A DNA stretch of 64,000 bases from Desulfobacterales bacterium (GCA_963674755.2 CAXXVS010000002.1:32001-96000); one strand, 5' to 3'; shown: positions 47,066-57,015, counted from the first letter of the stretch. Made by a program: numbers and translations. Notes: generated from the letters alone by a model not told the origin.

Positions 47066-47332
47066 TCAGGATGACCTGGCCTGTATGAGGCCTTTTTCCA
47101 GCAGCTTTGCGATGAGCTGCTCCAGGTCTGATTTCAGGGTGTCGGGGTCCACGTCGTATTGTTCAAGCAGCGATGCGAAGGCCGCTTCGACGGTCTGGCC
47201 GGAGGTGAGGGCATTGATCATGCGGGTGCCGACTTCGTCCAGACCGAAGTACATTTCCGAATCGAGATTGAGAAGGACCGCTTCCCCGTCCAACTCCCTG
47301 ATTTTTACGTAGTCCGGAAGATCGTATTTCAT
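47066..47332 (-). CDS. Lasso peptide B1 / PqqD-family RiPP recognition element
   Basis: 88 aa: MKYDLPDYVKIRELDGEAVLLNLDSEMYFGLDEVG...QYDVDP..LKSDL..L...L.EKGLI. Confidence 0.93.
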   Translation of the reverse strand: MKYDLPDYVKIRELDGEAVLLNLDSEMYFGLDEVGTRMINALTSGQTVEAAFASLLEQYDVDPDTLKSDLEQLIAKLLEKGLIQARSS

Positions 47333-47358
47333 GTCAGAGATCAATTGGTTTTTCGCTT

Positions 47359-48573
47359 CTAAGAAGTTTCCCAGGATGAAGGGGTGAAAGTCGTTTGCTT
47401 TGCATCCCTTCGTTGTTCGATCCAGTGGCGGAATTCCTTGGCCTGATCCGCCCAGCGATGGATATAGCAGGGTACCAGCGAACGATGAGCGGCGATGTTG
47501 TAACGGATGCGCATGTAGGCCGGGGGCGGCACGGCGGTCTGCAGGATCATGCGCAACGAATCGCTGAGGGAAAGGTTCGTCATGCTGCGGCGGGCGTTTT
47601 CCCATCGCGCCCCCTTATGATTCAGGCGGGTGATCAGGGTGAGGTCTTCATCGGCTGGGCGGCGATCGTGCAAGGCCTGGAAAACCGCATCCGGTAGGGC
47701 CGAGTCCAACTCGGGGGTGTCAAAGGACTGCTTGACCCGCCGCAGGGTGCGTTCTGCGGCATAGGTCCAACCGAAAGCCACGGCCTGGGTGACAAGCAGG
47801 TCCCAGTCGATGGCCTCCCGGGTAATGGATAGATACACGTCCATGGTGTGCAGGTGGGTGATTTCCGGCTCGCCATGCTGGAGTTGGGCATGGGCCATGA
47901 GGTAGAGCAAATGGGCTTCCGGTTTCAGCGTGAGGAAGCGGCCGGCCTCGATGTCGATTTCGCGGGTTTGATGATGGAACCAGGTCATTTTGGGTTCGGT
48001 CATCCAGGTATGGGGGGCGCTGAGCAGCCAGTAGTGGAGCTCCAGTGCCACGGCCCGGCCCATGCCGCCTTCGAGGACAAAGTGATGGCTGTTGTCGATG
48101 CCCTTGGCGTTCGTCTGGCTCCACAGGTGGCCGGGATCGTCTATTTTTTGAAAACCGCTGCATTCCAGGGTATGCAATGCTGGCTGCCGAAGATGGTAGG
48201 GAATCAGCACGTCGAGGTCGGCCATGGGGCGCGTCCAGGGTCTGGGGTAGACGGTGTTGGCCAGGATGCTGCCCTTGAGCCACAGGGCCGGGATGTGGGC
48301 GTCGCGGAGTGCTATATTGACCTGCTTCAGGGTGTCTTCATACATTTCATACAGGGCGGCGGTTTGCAGGGCAGCGTTTTTTACCGGCTGCCACTGTTCG
48401 CTGTCCAGTTCGACGGCCGGGACGGAGGCGTTAGCCTGTTTGATGACCCAGTAAAGCATGGGGGCCAGATCGTGGGCCAGGGCGACCTTAATGATCGGTG
48501 GCCAGTGGCCGGCCGGAATAGATGGCGGGTCGACTTGTTGGGTCAGCAGGGCGGTTAGGGTTTTTAAAACCAT
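47359..48573 (-). CDS. Nucleotidyltransferase family protein (type found in paeninodin/pseudomycoidin-like clusters)
   Basis: LKG..LA..VYP.P..RPMADLDVLI, LELHY.L. Confidence 0.85.
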   Translation of the reverse strand: MVLKTLTALLTQQVDPPSIPAGHWPPIIKVALAHDLAPMLYWVIKQANASVPAVELDSEQWQPVKNAALQTAALYEMYEDTLKQVNIALRDAHIPALWLKGSILANTVYPRPWTRPMADLDVLIPYHLRQPALHTLECSGFQKIDDPGHLWSQTNAKGIDNSHHFVLEGGMGRAVALELHYWLLSAPHTWMTEPKMTWFHHQTREIDIEAGRFLTLKPEAHLLYLMAHAQLQHGEPEITHLHTMDVYLSITREAIDWDLLVTQAVAFGWTYAAERTLRRVKQSFDTPELDSALPDAVFQALHDRRPADEDLTLITRLNHKGARWENARRSMTNLSLSDSLRMILQTAVPPPAYMRIRYNIAAHRSLVPCYIHRWADQAKEFRHWIEQRRDAKQTTFTPSSWETS

Positions 48574-48611
48574 GTTGGGGGGACTATGAATCCGTTCTTC
48601 TCAATTTTAGA

Positions 48612-48792
48612 TAGTGCCTATCCATAAATGAAATGCATTTTTTGGCCCCTGCCGGTGTTCTCTGGGGCTGCGCCTGTGGGCGCCCGTCGGCTGAGGTTTG
48701 TTGAACACGGATGTGACCAAAAATCAGACGTGAAATCCCGCGTTCCGCGGTGGGACCGGAAGCCAGAATCTATCATCGCTGGATCGGCACTA
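48612..48792. mobile_element. Third, internally deleted copy of the TAGTG...CACTA MITE-like element
   Basis: TAGTGCCTATCCA ... TGGATCGGCACTA; shares GTTTGTTGAACAC..ATCAGACGTGAAATCCCGCG..GGGACCGG with 46377-46440. Confidence 0.75.
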
Positions 48793-50650
48793 TATAGTTG
48801 GCTGGGTTTGTCGATGCTGTTGATTCTTGGTTGTATTGGGCTCGCCAGGACCAGGCGTAGCGGCCATCGAGGGATATCAATTGTTCGTGGGTGCCGGACT
48901 CGGTTATGCGGCCGGCGCCCATGACGTGGATGATGTCGGCGTGCATGGCGGTGGTGAAGCTGTGTGTGATCACCAGGGCGGTTCGCCCCCGGGTAAGGGT
49001 GCGGAATCGGGCCAGCCAGTCAGCCTGGGCCCAGGAATCCATGAAACTGGTCGGCTCGTCCAGGACGATGATGGGCGATCGGCGCAGGAAGGCCCGGGCC
49101 AGGGCTATCCGCCGCCATTCGCCGGCGCTCAGGTCGGTGCCGCCGTCGAACCATTTCCCCAAACGCGTGTTGCCGCCGTCAGGCAGGCGTTGAACGATCT
49201 CTTCCGCGCCTGCGGCGGCAATCGCGTCGTTGAGGTCGTGCGGGCCGGGGACCGTCTGCACGCTGCCCATGGCGACGTTTTCAACTAAAGAAGCGTTGAA
49301 GCGAATAGGCTCTTGGAAGAGGACGCTTATCTGGCGCCGCAGGTCGGCGATAGCGAATTCCCGGATGTCGATGTCGTTGATGCGAATGGTCCCGGACTGG
49401 GGATCGTAGAACCGGCAGAGCAGTTTGAGCAAGGTGGTTTTGCCGGCGCCGTTGGGCCCCACGATGGCGGCTGTCTGGCCGGCGTGGATATGCAGATCCA
49501 GCTCTTCCAGTGCCGGGCGGTCGGTGCCGGGGTATCGAAAGCTTATATGGTCGAAACGAATGGCGTAGCGCTGTCGGTGGGGCATCGGTGCCGGTCGGGC
49601 AGGGTCCTTCATTCCAGGTGTCATATCCAGAAATTCGAAGAGGTTCCCCAGGAACAGGCTGTTGGAATAGAGTTCCCCCACATTGGCAAGCAGGGTCCGC
49701 ATGAGGCGCTGGCCCTGGCTGAAGGCCTGGTAGATAAGGGCCAAGTCGCCGAGGGTGTGTCGGCCGCGGGCGGTTTGCCATACCATCCAGATCATGGCCA
49801 GGCCGGTGATCAGCATAGCGGCCAGGGCGGCGCCGAATTCGGCCAGGCTGCGCCGTTTGATTAATTGGGTGAGCCGGTTGCGCAAGGTGCGGCGTACGTT
49901 CTGATAAAGGGATTTGAAACGGTCACCCAGGTCGAACAGGCGCAGTTCGGCGGCGGTTTCCCGGTCGGTGAGCAGCCAGTCATAGTACCAGCCCCGACGG
50001 CGATGGGCGGTGGATTCCAGCTGCCATTGGTGCATGAGCAGGCGGTGGTGAAGGACCACGTAAAGGGCCGGCAGGGTGCTGATAATGAGTGCGATGGGCA
50101 GCAGCCAGCCGTAGGAAAGCAGCACCCCGGCCATGGCTATGGCCGTAATGGCGGTTTGCAGCAGGCTGCCGAGGTTTTCCAGCAGGGCCACAGGGCGGTG
50201 GCCGGCGTCGTTGCGGGCCCGGTGCAGATGGTCGAAAAAATCAGGGGATTCGTAAAACGCCATGTCCACAGCCATCGATTGTTCGTGGACCAGACCGGCG
50301 ATGTAATCTTTGACCCGCTCGCCTTGAACGGTCCGCACCCAGTTGGTAAAGCCGCGCAGCAATTCGCCGAACAGCATGAGCCCGGCCATGAGCGCCACCC
50401 AGATCAGTACCGGTGTCGCCGCGGCGATGCTGACATCATTGCCGATCAGGTCGACCAGGCCGTTGACCAGAGCCCGGGTCAAGTAGACCGTGGCAACAGG
50501 CAAAAGGCCCTGGAGGACGAGCAACGTGATCCAGCCCAGCGTCCATTTCCCCGTTGCGGCACGGACCAGGGCGAAGGTGCGGGGGAGGAAGCGGAGTTGG
50601 TTGCGGAAGCGGCTCAGCCTGTCTTTTATTATGGGCAGGAGAGGGGGCAA
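48773..50650 (-). CDS. ABC exporter, fused permease/ATPase (lasso D-type)
   Basis: N-terminal TM domain; GPNGAGKTT, LSAGEW, LDEPT. Confidence 0.92.
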   Translation of the reverse strand: MPPLLPIIKDRLSRFRNQLRFLPRTFALVRAATGKWTLGWITLLVLQGLLPVATVYLTRALVNGLVDLIGNDVSIAAATPVLIWVALMAGLMLFGELLRGFTNWVRTVQGERVKDYIAGLVHEQSMAVDMAFYESPDFFDHLHRARNDAGHRPVALLENLGSLLQTAITAIAMAGVLLSYGWLLPIALIISTLPALYVVLHHRLLMHQWQLESTAHRRRGWYYDWLLTDRETAAELRLFDLGDRFKSLYQNVRRTLRNRLTQLIKRRSLAEFGAALAAMLITGLAMIWMVWQTARGRHTLGDLALIYQAFSQGQRLMRTLLANVGELYSNSLFLGNLFEFLDMTPGMKDPARPAPMPHRQRYAIRFDHISFRYPGTDRPALEELDLHIHAGQTAAIVGPNGAGKTTLLKLLCRFYDPQSGTIRINDIDIREFAIADLRRQISVLFQEPIRFNASLVENVAMGSVQTVPGPHDLNDAIAAAGAEEIVQRLPDGGNTRLGKWFDGGTDLSAGEWRRIALARAFLRRSPIIVLDEPTSFMDSWAQADWLARFRTLTRGRTALVITHSFTTAMHADIIHVMGAGRITESGTHEQLISLDGRYAWSWRAQYNQESTASTNPANYIVPIQR

Positions 50651-50717
50651 GAGTTTATGTTTTAGGGTTTTAGGGAAAGTGAGGGGACGTCTATGTTTTT
50701 CAATCGTCTCCGCCCGA

Positions 50718-50808
50718 TAGCGGCGTTGTGCTCAAAATGTAATCCTCGGAATATCAACCATATGCCTCTTGATCTCGACCCAATTGGCCAATTTCTGGAT
50801 CGGCACTA
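50718..50808. repeat. Degenerate foldback element fragment
   Basis: CGGCGTTG..ATCCTCG..TGCCT..CTTGATCTCGA (reverse of the 1844-2129 core) ending TTTCTGGATCGGCACTA. Confidence 0.55.
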
Positions 50809-50967
50809 CCTAACAACATATGACATGTTATGAACAGCCGTTGACGCGCCCCTGAGCAACATCAGGACGAATGATGGAATTCTTTTCGAAATCAGTTCTG
50901 GTCTTTCGAAGTTGCTTGGCAGCTTATGGGGTTGACAGCGCACTCGCCGGCAGCTTGCCACCCGGAT

Positions 50968-51288
50968 TCACTTCTTTTTAAGATCGATGATGTTATCCGC
51001 ACCAGCTTTTGGGGCCCTGGCGCTTTTGACCTTGCGGAGCAGGTGGGGCGACACATTCCACTTCTGACCGGCTTCCGTGATGATCGTAACGGTTTTCTTG
51101 TTGTATTTTACCAGCGTGCCAAACTGCTTGCCACGGCCGGGAGGCTCGAAAGACACCTGATCGCCGGGTGCAAATTGCATCATCTCCCTGTGCGTGTGCA
51201 TGGCATCCAGGAATTTAAGGCGCGCCACAATCTGGTGGTTCAAAGCGACGAGTTCATCGTAGCTTAACGATTCGATATCGATTTTCAT
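50968..51288 (-). CDS. Hypothetical protein (small, possibly SH3-like beta domain)
   Basis: 106 aa with RBS (GGGGTAAGGA); F.PGD.VSF...G.LVKYNKKTVTI....G.KW.VSP.LL. Confidence 0.75.
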   Translation of the reverse strand: MKIDIESLSYDELVALNHQIVARLKFLDAMHTHREMMQFAPGDQVSFEPPGRGKQFGTLVKYNKKTVTIITEAGQKWNVSPHLLRKVKSARAPKAGADNIIDLKKK

Positions 51289-51395
51289 TCCTTACCCCCT
51301 GACAAATAATCCCGGAAGGAGCTGAATCGACTGGGTCCTGCCTGCGCGGGGATAGGATGACAGAACGACGCCTTCAGAGACTTGCTGCGCATTCA

Positions 51396-51863
51396 TCAAT
51401 AGTCGTCTTCTTCTTCGTCATAGTCCGGGTATTGCTCCGGGGACTGGCCGACACGCTTGACTATGGTGATCACTTTGGTCTGGCCGGGAACTTCCGTGAT
51501 GCGCTCCACCCGGATGCGATGCCACCAGTCGTCGCCGAAATCGAAAAGATAGTGAAAGACCTCTTTTTCGGGCAGATCCAGATCGCCCAGACGGGTTTGG
51601 GCGGCCGAGTGTCGGGAGGGGCCGAAACCAATGGCATTCTGAACATTCTGGGGATGGGTGATCTCCGGCGCATTGTATATCGTGCGGACGTTCTTGGTAT
51701 CCTGGCGGGTCATGAAAAAGGAGTACAGATGGGGATCGTAGCGGTCGAAGGCCTCGAAGATGGCCTCGTGGAGATCCTCCAGGGTGGCGTTGGATGAAAT
51801 GTCGATCAGCCGGTAAAGACGCGGGATGCCAATGATGGATACTTTCAGGCGGTAACGTTTCAT
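51396..51863 (-). CDS. Plasmid pRiA4b ORF-3 family protein
   Basis: TL.DLH.AI..AF..Y..HLY.F and YLFDFGDDW.H.I.VE motifs. Confidence 0.85.
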   Translation of the reverse strand: MKRYRLKVSIIGIPRLYRLIDISSNATLEDLHEAIFEAFDRYDPHLYSFFMTRQDTKNVRTIYNAPEITHPQNVQNAIGFGPSRHSAAQTRLGDLDLPEKEVFHYLFDFGDDWWHRIRVERITEVPGQTKVITIVKRVGQSPEQYPDYDEEEDDY

Positions 51864-52035
51864 TCGTTGGCTCTCCGAAGGGATCAGAGCTTATGCCGCC
51901 TTCGTTGGAACTACGGCGGACAAGGTGGTTTTAGGGGTGAAAAAAGAGAAGCGGGAATTCTCCAGGGCCTCAAGGGGCCCCTAAAACTCTAATACTTTAA
52001 CCCCACCATAATACGATTATTATAGCGGTCACCAC

Positions 52036-53025
52036 TTAGCGGCGTTTGGTCGGCGACTTGTGCCATTGCCAGGCGGATTCGATGATCACCTCCAGGGTTT
52101 CGAACTTGGGCTGCCAGCCCAGTTCTGCCCGGGCTTTCGCGGAGCGGGCCACCAGGACGGCGGGGTCGCCGGGACGTTTTGGTCCTTCCACGGCCGGGAT
52201 GGGGTGACCGGTGATGCGGCGGGCGGTTTCAATCACGTCTCTGACCGAATGACCGGTGCTGTTGCCAAGGTTATAGGCCGCGCTGGGGGCGTTGTTTTGC
52301 AGGGCTTCCAGGGCCAGGAGGTGGGCGGCGGCCAGGTCGTTCACGTGGACGTAGTCTCGCAGGCAGGTGCCGTCCGGGGTGTTGTGGTCCATGCCGAAGA
52401 TGGTGATGTCCTCGCGCTCACCGGTGGCCACCTTGAGCACCAGGGGGATCAGATGGCTTTCCGGGTCATGGCGCTCCCCGATGGTGCCGGAGGCGTCGGC
52501 CCCGGCCGCATTGAAATAGCGCAGGGCTATGAAGCGCAGCCCATAGGCCTGGTCATAGTCCCGCAGGATGTCTTCCACCATCAATTTGGTGCGGCCGTAA
52601 GGGTTGGTTGGCCGGCAGGGGTGGTTCTCGTCGATGGGGGTATAATCCGGCTCGCCATAGACCGCGGCCGAAGATGAAAAGATGAACCGTTTCACATCGT
52701 GGCGCTGCATGGCTTGGAGCAGGTTGAGGGTACCGGCCACGTTGTTCCGGTAGTATTTCTGGGGATCCCGGACCGATTCGCCCACTTCGGTGAAGGCGCT
52801 GAAGTGCATGACCGCATCGAAGTGCCGGGAGGCGAACACCTGTTCGAGGACCACCGCATCGTTGATGTCACCCCCCACGAAAACCCCGCCCGGCAGTAGA
52901 TCGCGGTTGCCCTTAGAGAGGTTGTCCAGGGTGACGACGTCGTGCCCGGCCGACAGCAGGGCCTTGACCATGTGGGTGCCGATGTAACCGCATCCGCCAA
53001 TGATTAAAATGGCTAACTTTTTCAT
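52036..53025 (-). CDS. galE: UDP-glucose 4-epimerase
   Basis: GGCGYIG, FSSSAAVYG, YGRTK, LRYFNAAG, DGTCLRDYVHV; start at MKKLAI. Confidence 0.95.
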   Translation of the reverse strand: MKKLAILIIGGCGYIGTHMVKALLSAGHDVVTLDNLSKGNRDLLPGGVFVGGDINDAVVLEQVFASRHFDAVMHFSAFTEVGESVRDPQKYYRNNVAGTLNLLQAMQRHDVKRFIFSSSAAVYGEPDYTPIDENHPCRPTNPYGRTKLMVEDILRDYDQAYGLRFIALRYFNAAGADASGTIGERHDPESHLIPLVLKVATGEREDITIFGMDHNTPDGTCLRDYVHVNDLAAAHLLALEALQNNAPSAAYNLGNSTGHSVRDVIETARRITGHPIPAVEGPKRPGDPAVLVARSAKARAELGWQPKFETLEVIIESAWQWHKSPTKRR

Positions 53026-53095
53026 AGTGGTTTTGGCCTTAAGGAACGATGTGGTCAAACCTATCACCTTGCGGCAAGGATGGCGTCAGCCGTGA

Positions 53096-53479
53096 CTAGT
53101 CCGCCACCACACTGGCCTGACCGTCGTATTCCGCGGTCTGGCTCTTGATGTAGTCGGCCAGGGATTGCTGAGCGGAGTCGTCTTTCCAGCCCACCCAGTA
53201 GAACTCACAGCCCAGGTCGAACATTTCGTCGAAGTGGCGTTTTTTACACCATACCGCCCGGGCCATGGCGATGATGGGCATCTCCCATTCGGGCGATTCA
53301 AGCTCCAGAGCCAGCAGGGAATCGGGCGCGACTTCATCCAAGGTAGCAAAGCAAACGCCGCCGCCGCTCAGGTTGATGGCCAGACTGCTCAGGGGACTGC
53401 CCTGGTCCACATGCTTTTCTAACTTGCGGTACTTGAGTTGCCAGTTCCGGTCGATGCGCGGGAATTTTCTGTTTTTCAT
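53096..53479 (-). CDS. Single-domain PilZ (c-di-GMP binding) protein
   Basis: RKFPR (RxxxR) and NLSGGG (D/NxSxxG) motifs; start MKNRKF. Confidence 0.85.
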   Translation of the reverse strand: MKNRKFPRIDRNWQLKYRKLEKHVDQGSPLSSLAINLSGGGVCFATLDEVAPDSLLALELESPEWEMPIIAMARAVWCKKRHFDEMFDLGCEFYWVGWKDDSAQQSLADYIKSQTAEYDGQASVVAD

Positions 53480-53586
53480 GGATAGCGCCCTTTCGCGGTA
53501 TTGAAAAAGTTCCTCATGCAATGGCAGGCCGGCGTCCCTCTCCCGGCCATGCCGCCACACGTTCCTCTCGACCCGGCTGCCCCTGT

Positions 53587-54168
53587 CTATGGGCTGGGCA
53601 TCGCCTGGCGGTTCTCGCAATCTTCCAGGATCCCGCCCAATAGGGCCCCCATCGTGTTGGCGATGACATCATAGAGTGACGAGGTGCGGCCGGGCAGGAA
53701 AAAGTATTGCAGGATTTCAATGGCCAGACTGACCGCTAAACAAAAGGCCAGCGTCCACGCAAGGTGATGCCGACGGCCGACGGGCTGCATTTCGGCCAGG
53801 AGGGCCATGGTCAGGAACCCGAGGGGGATAAACCCCAGCGTGTTGATGATAAAGTCGCCCCGGGCAAAAGCGGCCATACTGAGCAACGCCAGGTGATGAT
53901 GGCCATGGGAAGGGCCCGGCCGCAGTCCCATGAACAGAATGCCGCCCAGGTAGAGCAGAAATAGACTTGCCAGGCTGAATTTCTTCTGCCAGGGCAGCCG
54001 GTCGTAAATAGCGGATAGAATGATGATGATGCTGATGGCGAGGCCTGCGAATTGCTGCAGACCGATGTCGACGGTTTGGCCCCGCAGCATATCGAAGCCT
54101 GCAAAGAAGATCAATCCGCTGATTCCCGTGGCCAGGTGCAGGGCGCGAAGCATGTTGTGCTTTTGCAT
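53587..54168 (-). CDS. VanZ-family membrane protein
   Basis: DFIIN.LGFIPLGF; SLAIEILQ.FLPGRTSSLYDVIANT.G. Confidence 0.85.
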   Translation of the reverse strand: MQKHNMLRALHLATGISGLIFFAGFDMLRGQTVDIGLQQFAGLAISIIIILSAIYDRLPWQKKFSLASLFLLYLGGILFMGLRPGPSHGHHHLALLSMAAFARGDFIINTLGFIPLGFLTMALLAEMQPVGRRHHLAWTLAFCLAVSLAIEILQYFFLPGRTSSLYDVIANTMGALLGGILEDCENRQAMPSP

Positions 54169-54855
54169 ATGCCATCCGAATAGCGCCTTGGCATCGAATA
54201 CCGAAAGATCGGTATGGCGCCATGGCGATAATCCGTCCGAAGGTTTAATTCCCCGCCGCTTGCGGCGTTAGATTGTCTTGGTCGATACCCCGCTGTTCTG
54301 GGGTGGGATCGTTTATTTTATAACAGGAATTCTTCTTAATAAAGGGGGGCTGAAACGGCTCCGCCGCTTGCCTTACACATCAAAAATGATGCGAGTGGCT
54401 GAAATTACATCCTATTTGTTGGAAAATCCCAATGCCGCGATATTTATCCCGACCCTGTCTATCGACCGCAAGACACCGCACGCAGATCGACCGCTCCGAA
54501 GGGATAAGCTCCTCTGCGGGTCCATATCTGACCGTTGATTGTTTCGTGGATGGGTGGTTCGGGAACTGCGGTACCAGGCACGCGTCAAACTCGGATCCAA
54601 TCGCCGCCGAGGGGGTGGTATGCCCCTCGGCCCCTTTGTCATGAACACCTAACCCCTTAATGCCATTGGACTTTGTCTATATCCGCACGAGCATAAAAAA
54701 GCAACAGGAAAATGGCGGAAAAATAAGGGGTTTAAGCGGTTAAGGGACAGAAGTTATTGAGCTGGTCGGCTGATAAGCTGTTGAGCTGGCGAGGGCCCAC
54801 TGGTTTTAATATTTTAAGGTAACCACTTTCTATTCCGCTATCTATTTAGCGCGGG

Positions 54856-55380
54856 TTATCGCGGGATAAATTCGGCGCGGCGGTTCATGGACCAGGCGCG
54901 TTCGCCGCTGCCTTCGGCATCCGGGCGCTCCTTGCCCCAACTGACGACCTGGATGCGCTGGGGGGCGATGCCCTGTTCGATCAGGTAAACGCGGACGGCC
55001 TCGGCCCGGTGTTTGCCGAGGGCCATGTTGTATTCGGTGCTGCCCCGCGCATCGCAGTGGCCTTCCACGATCACAGTGGCCTGGGGGTGGGAAGCGAGCC
55101 ATGCCGCTTTGCGGTTGAGGGCGCGCTTGCCCCCTGGCAGGAGAACACTGCTGTCCAGGTTGAAATGGACGTTTTCATAGCGGAATATCAGGCGTTCGAG
55201 GGCATCGATGGCCGAATCGGTAAGGCGTTCGGCGGGAACGGCTTCGGTGTCCGGCTGGTTGACTGCCAGGGCGGCCGGCGCCGGAGGGGTGTTGTCGGCC
55301 CACGTTTCAGAGCAGAGGGGCAGGCCCATCGTCAGAATCAGGAGCAGGAAGACCGGGGCAGGGCGCAAAAGGTTTCTCAT
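54856..55380 (-). CDS. OmpA-C/Pal-like peptidoglycan-binding protein
   Basis: VHF.LDS, VEGHCDARGSTEYNMALG..RA, SWGKERP, NRRAEF; no clear lipobox. Confidence 0.88.
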   Translation of the reverse strand: MRNLLRPAPVFLLLILTMGLPLCSETWADNTPPAPAALAVNQPDTEAVPAERLTDSAIDALERLIFRYENVHFNLDSSVLLPGGKRALNRKAAWLASHPQATVIVEGHCDARGSTEYNMALGKHRAEAVRVYLIEQGIAPQRIQVVSWGKERPDAEGSGERAWSMNRRAEFIPR

Positions 55381-55487
55381 AGCGATTTCCTCGTTGCGGT
55401 CGGCGGTATGTAAAACGGGAGTGACCTTGATAATCGACATAGCAAAGATTTGTCAGTGTTTCAAGCGGTTAGAGGGTAAGGACATGA

Positions 55488-55850
55488 GGTGGTATTTTCC
55501 TGCCCGAAGTTCTCGGGGCCGTGGAAACCCGCACCCATGCCAAGGGCTATGTGGTGGCCCGGACCGGCTCCTTTAACCAGGTACTGACGTTCACCCCTCC
55601 CCCGGAGGCCGCCGCCCACGAGCTCTTTCACATGCTGGGCATCGATCACGATGAGGAGACTGCGGCCGCTTTGCGCCGCATGGCCCGCATCCGGCAGCTG
55701 GCCCTGGAAAACCGCCGCGTAGGGCACGATTTCTTCCCCGCCGTCGCCTCCAATGGAACGGTCTATCGCACCTGCCAGGCCGTGGACCGCCGTTTCGGCA
55801 TCGACCCGTCCCAGACCTGCCTGGCAGAGGCCGGCGGGGATGGGTGTTGA
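55488..55850 (+). pseudogene. 5'-truncated paralog of the 56266-57015 metalloprotease-like gene
   Basis: LPEVLGAVETRTHAKGYVVA..GSFNQVLTF..AAAHELFHMLGIDH..DFFPA..AVDRRFGI; in-frame TGA at 55485, N-terminal half absent. Confidence 0.75.
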
Positions 55851-56265
55851 ATCGACATCGATGCCGGGTGCTGGATTCTGGGTGCTGGATACCGACAGAG
55901 GTTCAAAAGGCTGGGAGAAGTGTTTAAGTCCTAAGGAATCAAATGGTTAAGGTAAGAGCAGCTGCTAAACTCGTCATTGGATGCGGAATGCCTTCACCTG
56001 ACCCCTTGGATCTTTGATCCCTCGACGCCTTTTTAATCACCTCTAAAACCAAAATTCCTTACCCGCTTATCAGCTCATTAGCTCACCAGCTGTTTTACAA
56101 ACCCCTCAAGTTTTCCGCCGATTCCCCGATGTAGTCTCCAGGCAGTCAGCGCGCAAATCATACCTGCCACCGTGCCTGTGGCACGGCCTTCATGAAGGAC
56201 CATCGCCATGTGGATCCAGAATGGATTCCTAAGACAGAACCGTCACACATTGGGAATGGTCGATA

Positions 56266-57015
56266 ATGGAACGTTTTGCCGGAGGTCTCTTCCTCCTGGC
56301 CGTCCTGTCCGCCTGCACGTCCATCGGCGTGTCGGTCGGAACCGGGCCGGCCCCCCATGAATTCGGACCGGATATGGAGATTTGCCTCTGTGTCTATCAG
56401 GACACCGGCGTCTCCGATGAAACCACCCAAACCATCCTGGACGCCATCCGCGGGGAGTTTGCTCCCATGGGGCTGCACGTTAAAACGCCCTGGATCCGTC
56501 CTTGGCAACGTCCGGCCTTCAGCCAGAAAGGCATCACCCGGGATATCGCCCGGCGCCCCCTGGAAGCCCCCTGCGACCGCATCCTGGCCCTGGTGGGCCG
56601 CGATGCCCGGGACTTCCTGTGGGGAGCCCTGATGCCCGAAATCCTGGGTGCCGTGGAGACCCGCACCAATACGAAAGGCTACGTGGTGGCGGAAGTGGGT
56701 TCCCTGAATCAGGTGCTCACCTTTGAATCCCCTTCCGGCGCGGCCGTGCACGAGTTCTACCATCTGCTGGGCGTCGGCCACGGCCTGGAAAAGCAGGATG
56801 CCTATGACCAGGTGCGCCGCATCAAGGATCTGGCCGTTCGCAATCGGTTGGCCGGACGCGATTTTTTCCCGGCGATGACCGAAAAGGGGCGTGTCTATAC
56901 GACCCGGGCCGCAGTGGACCGCCGCTTCGGCATTCGCCCGCCGGCGCAGACCGCGGCAGCCGGGAAGAAAAAGATCGAACTCGTCAAGACCGACGTGGCT
57001 TCGCCGGGGGAATAG
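56266..57015 (+). CDS. Lipoprotein with metzincin zinc-binding motif (putative metalloprotease)
   Basis: LSAC lipobox; HEFYHLLGVGH = HExxHxxGxxH. Confidence 0.75.
   Translation: MERFAGGLFLLAVLSACTSIGVSVGTGPAPHEFGPDMEICLCVYQDTGVSDETTQTILDAIRGEFAPMGLHVKTPWIRPWQRPAFSQKGITRDIARRPLEAPCDRILALVGRDARDFLWGALMPEILGAVETRTNTKGYVVAEVGSLNQVLTFESPSGAAVHEFYHLLGVGHGLEKQDAYDQVRRIKDLAVRNRLAGRDFFPAMTEKGRVYTTRAAVDRRFGIRPPAQTAAAGKKKIELVKTDVASPGE

Noticed and set aside
47333..47605. N-terminal extension of the PqqD ORF in the track
   Set aside because: Overlaps the nucleotidyltransferase gene in another frame; PqqD homology starts at Met 47332
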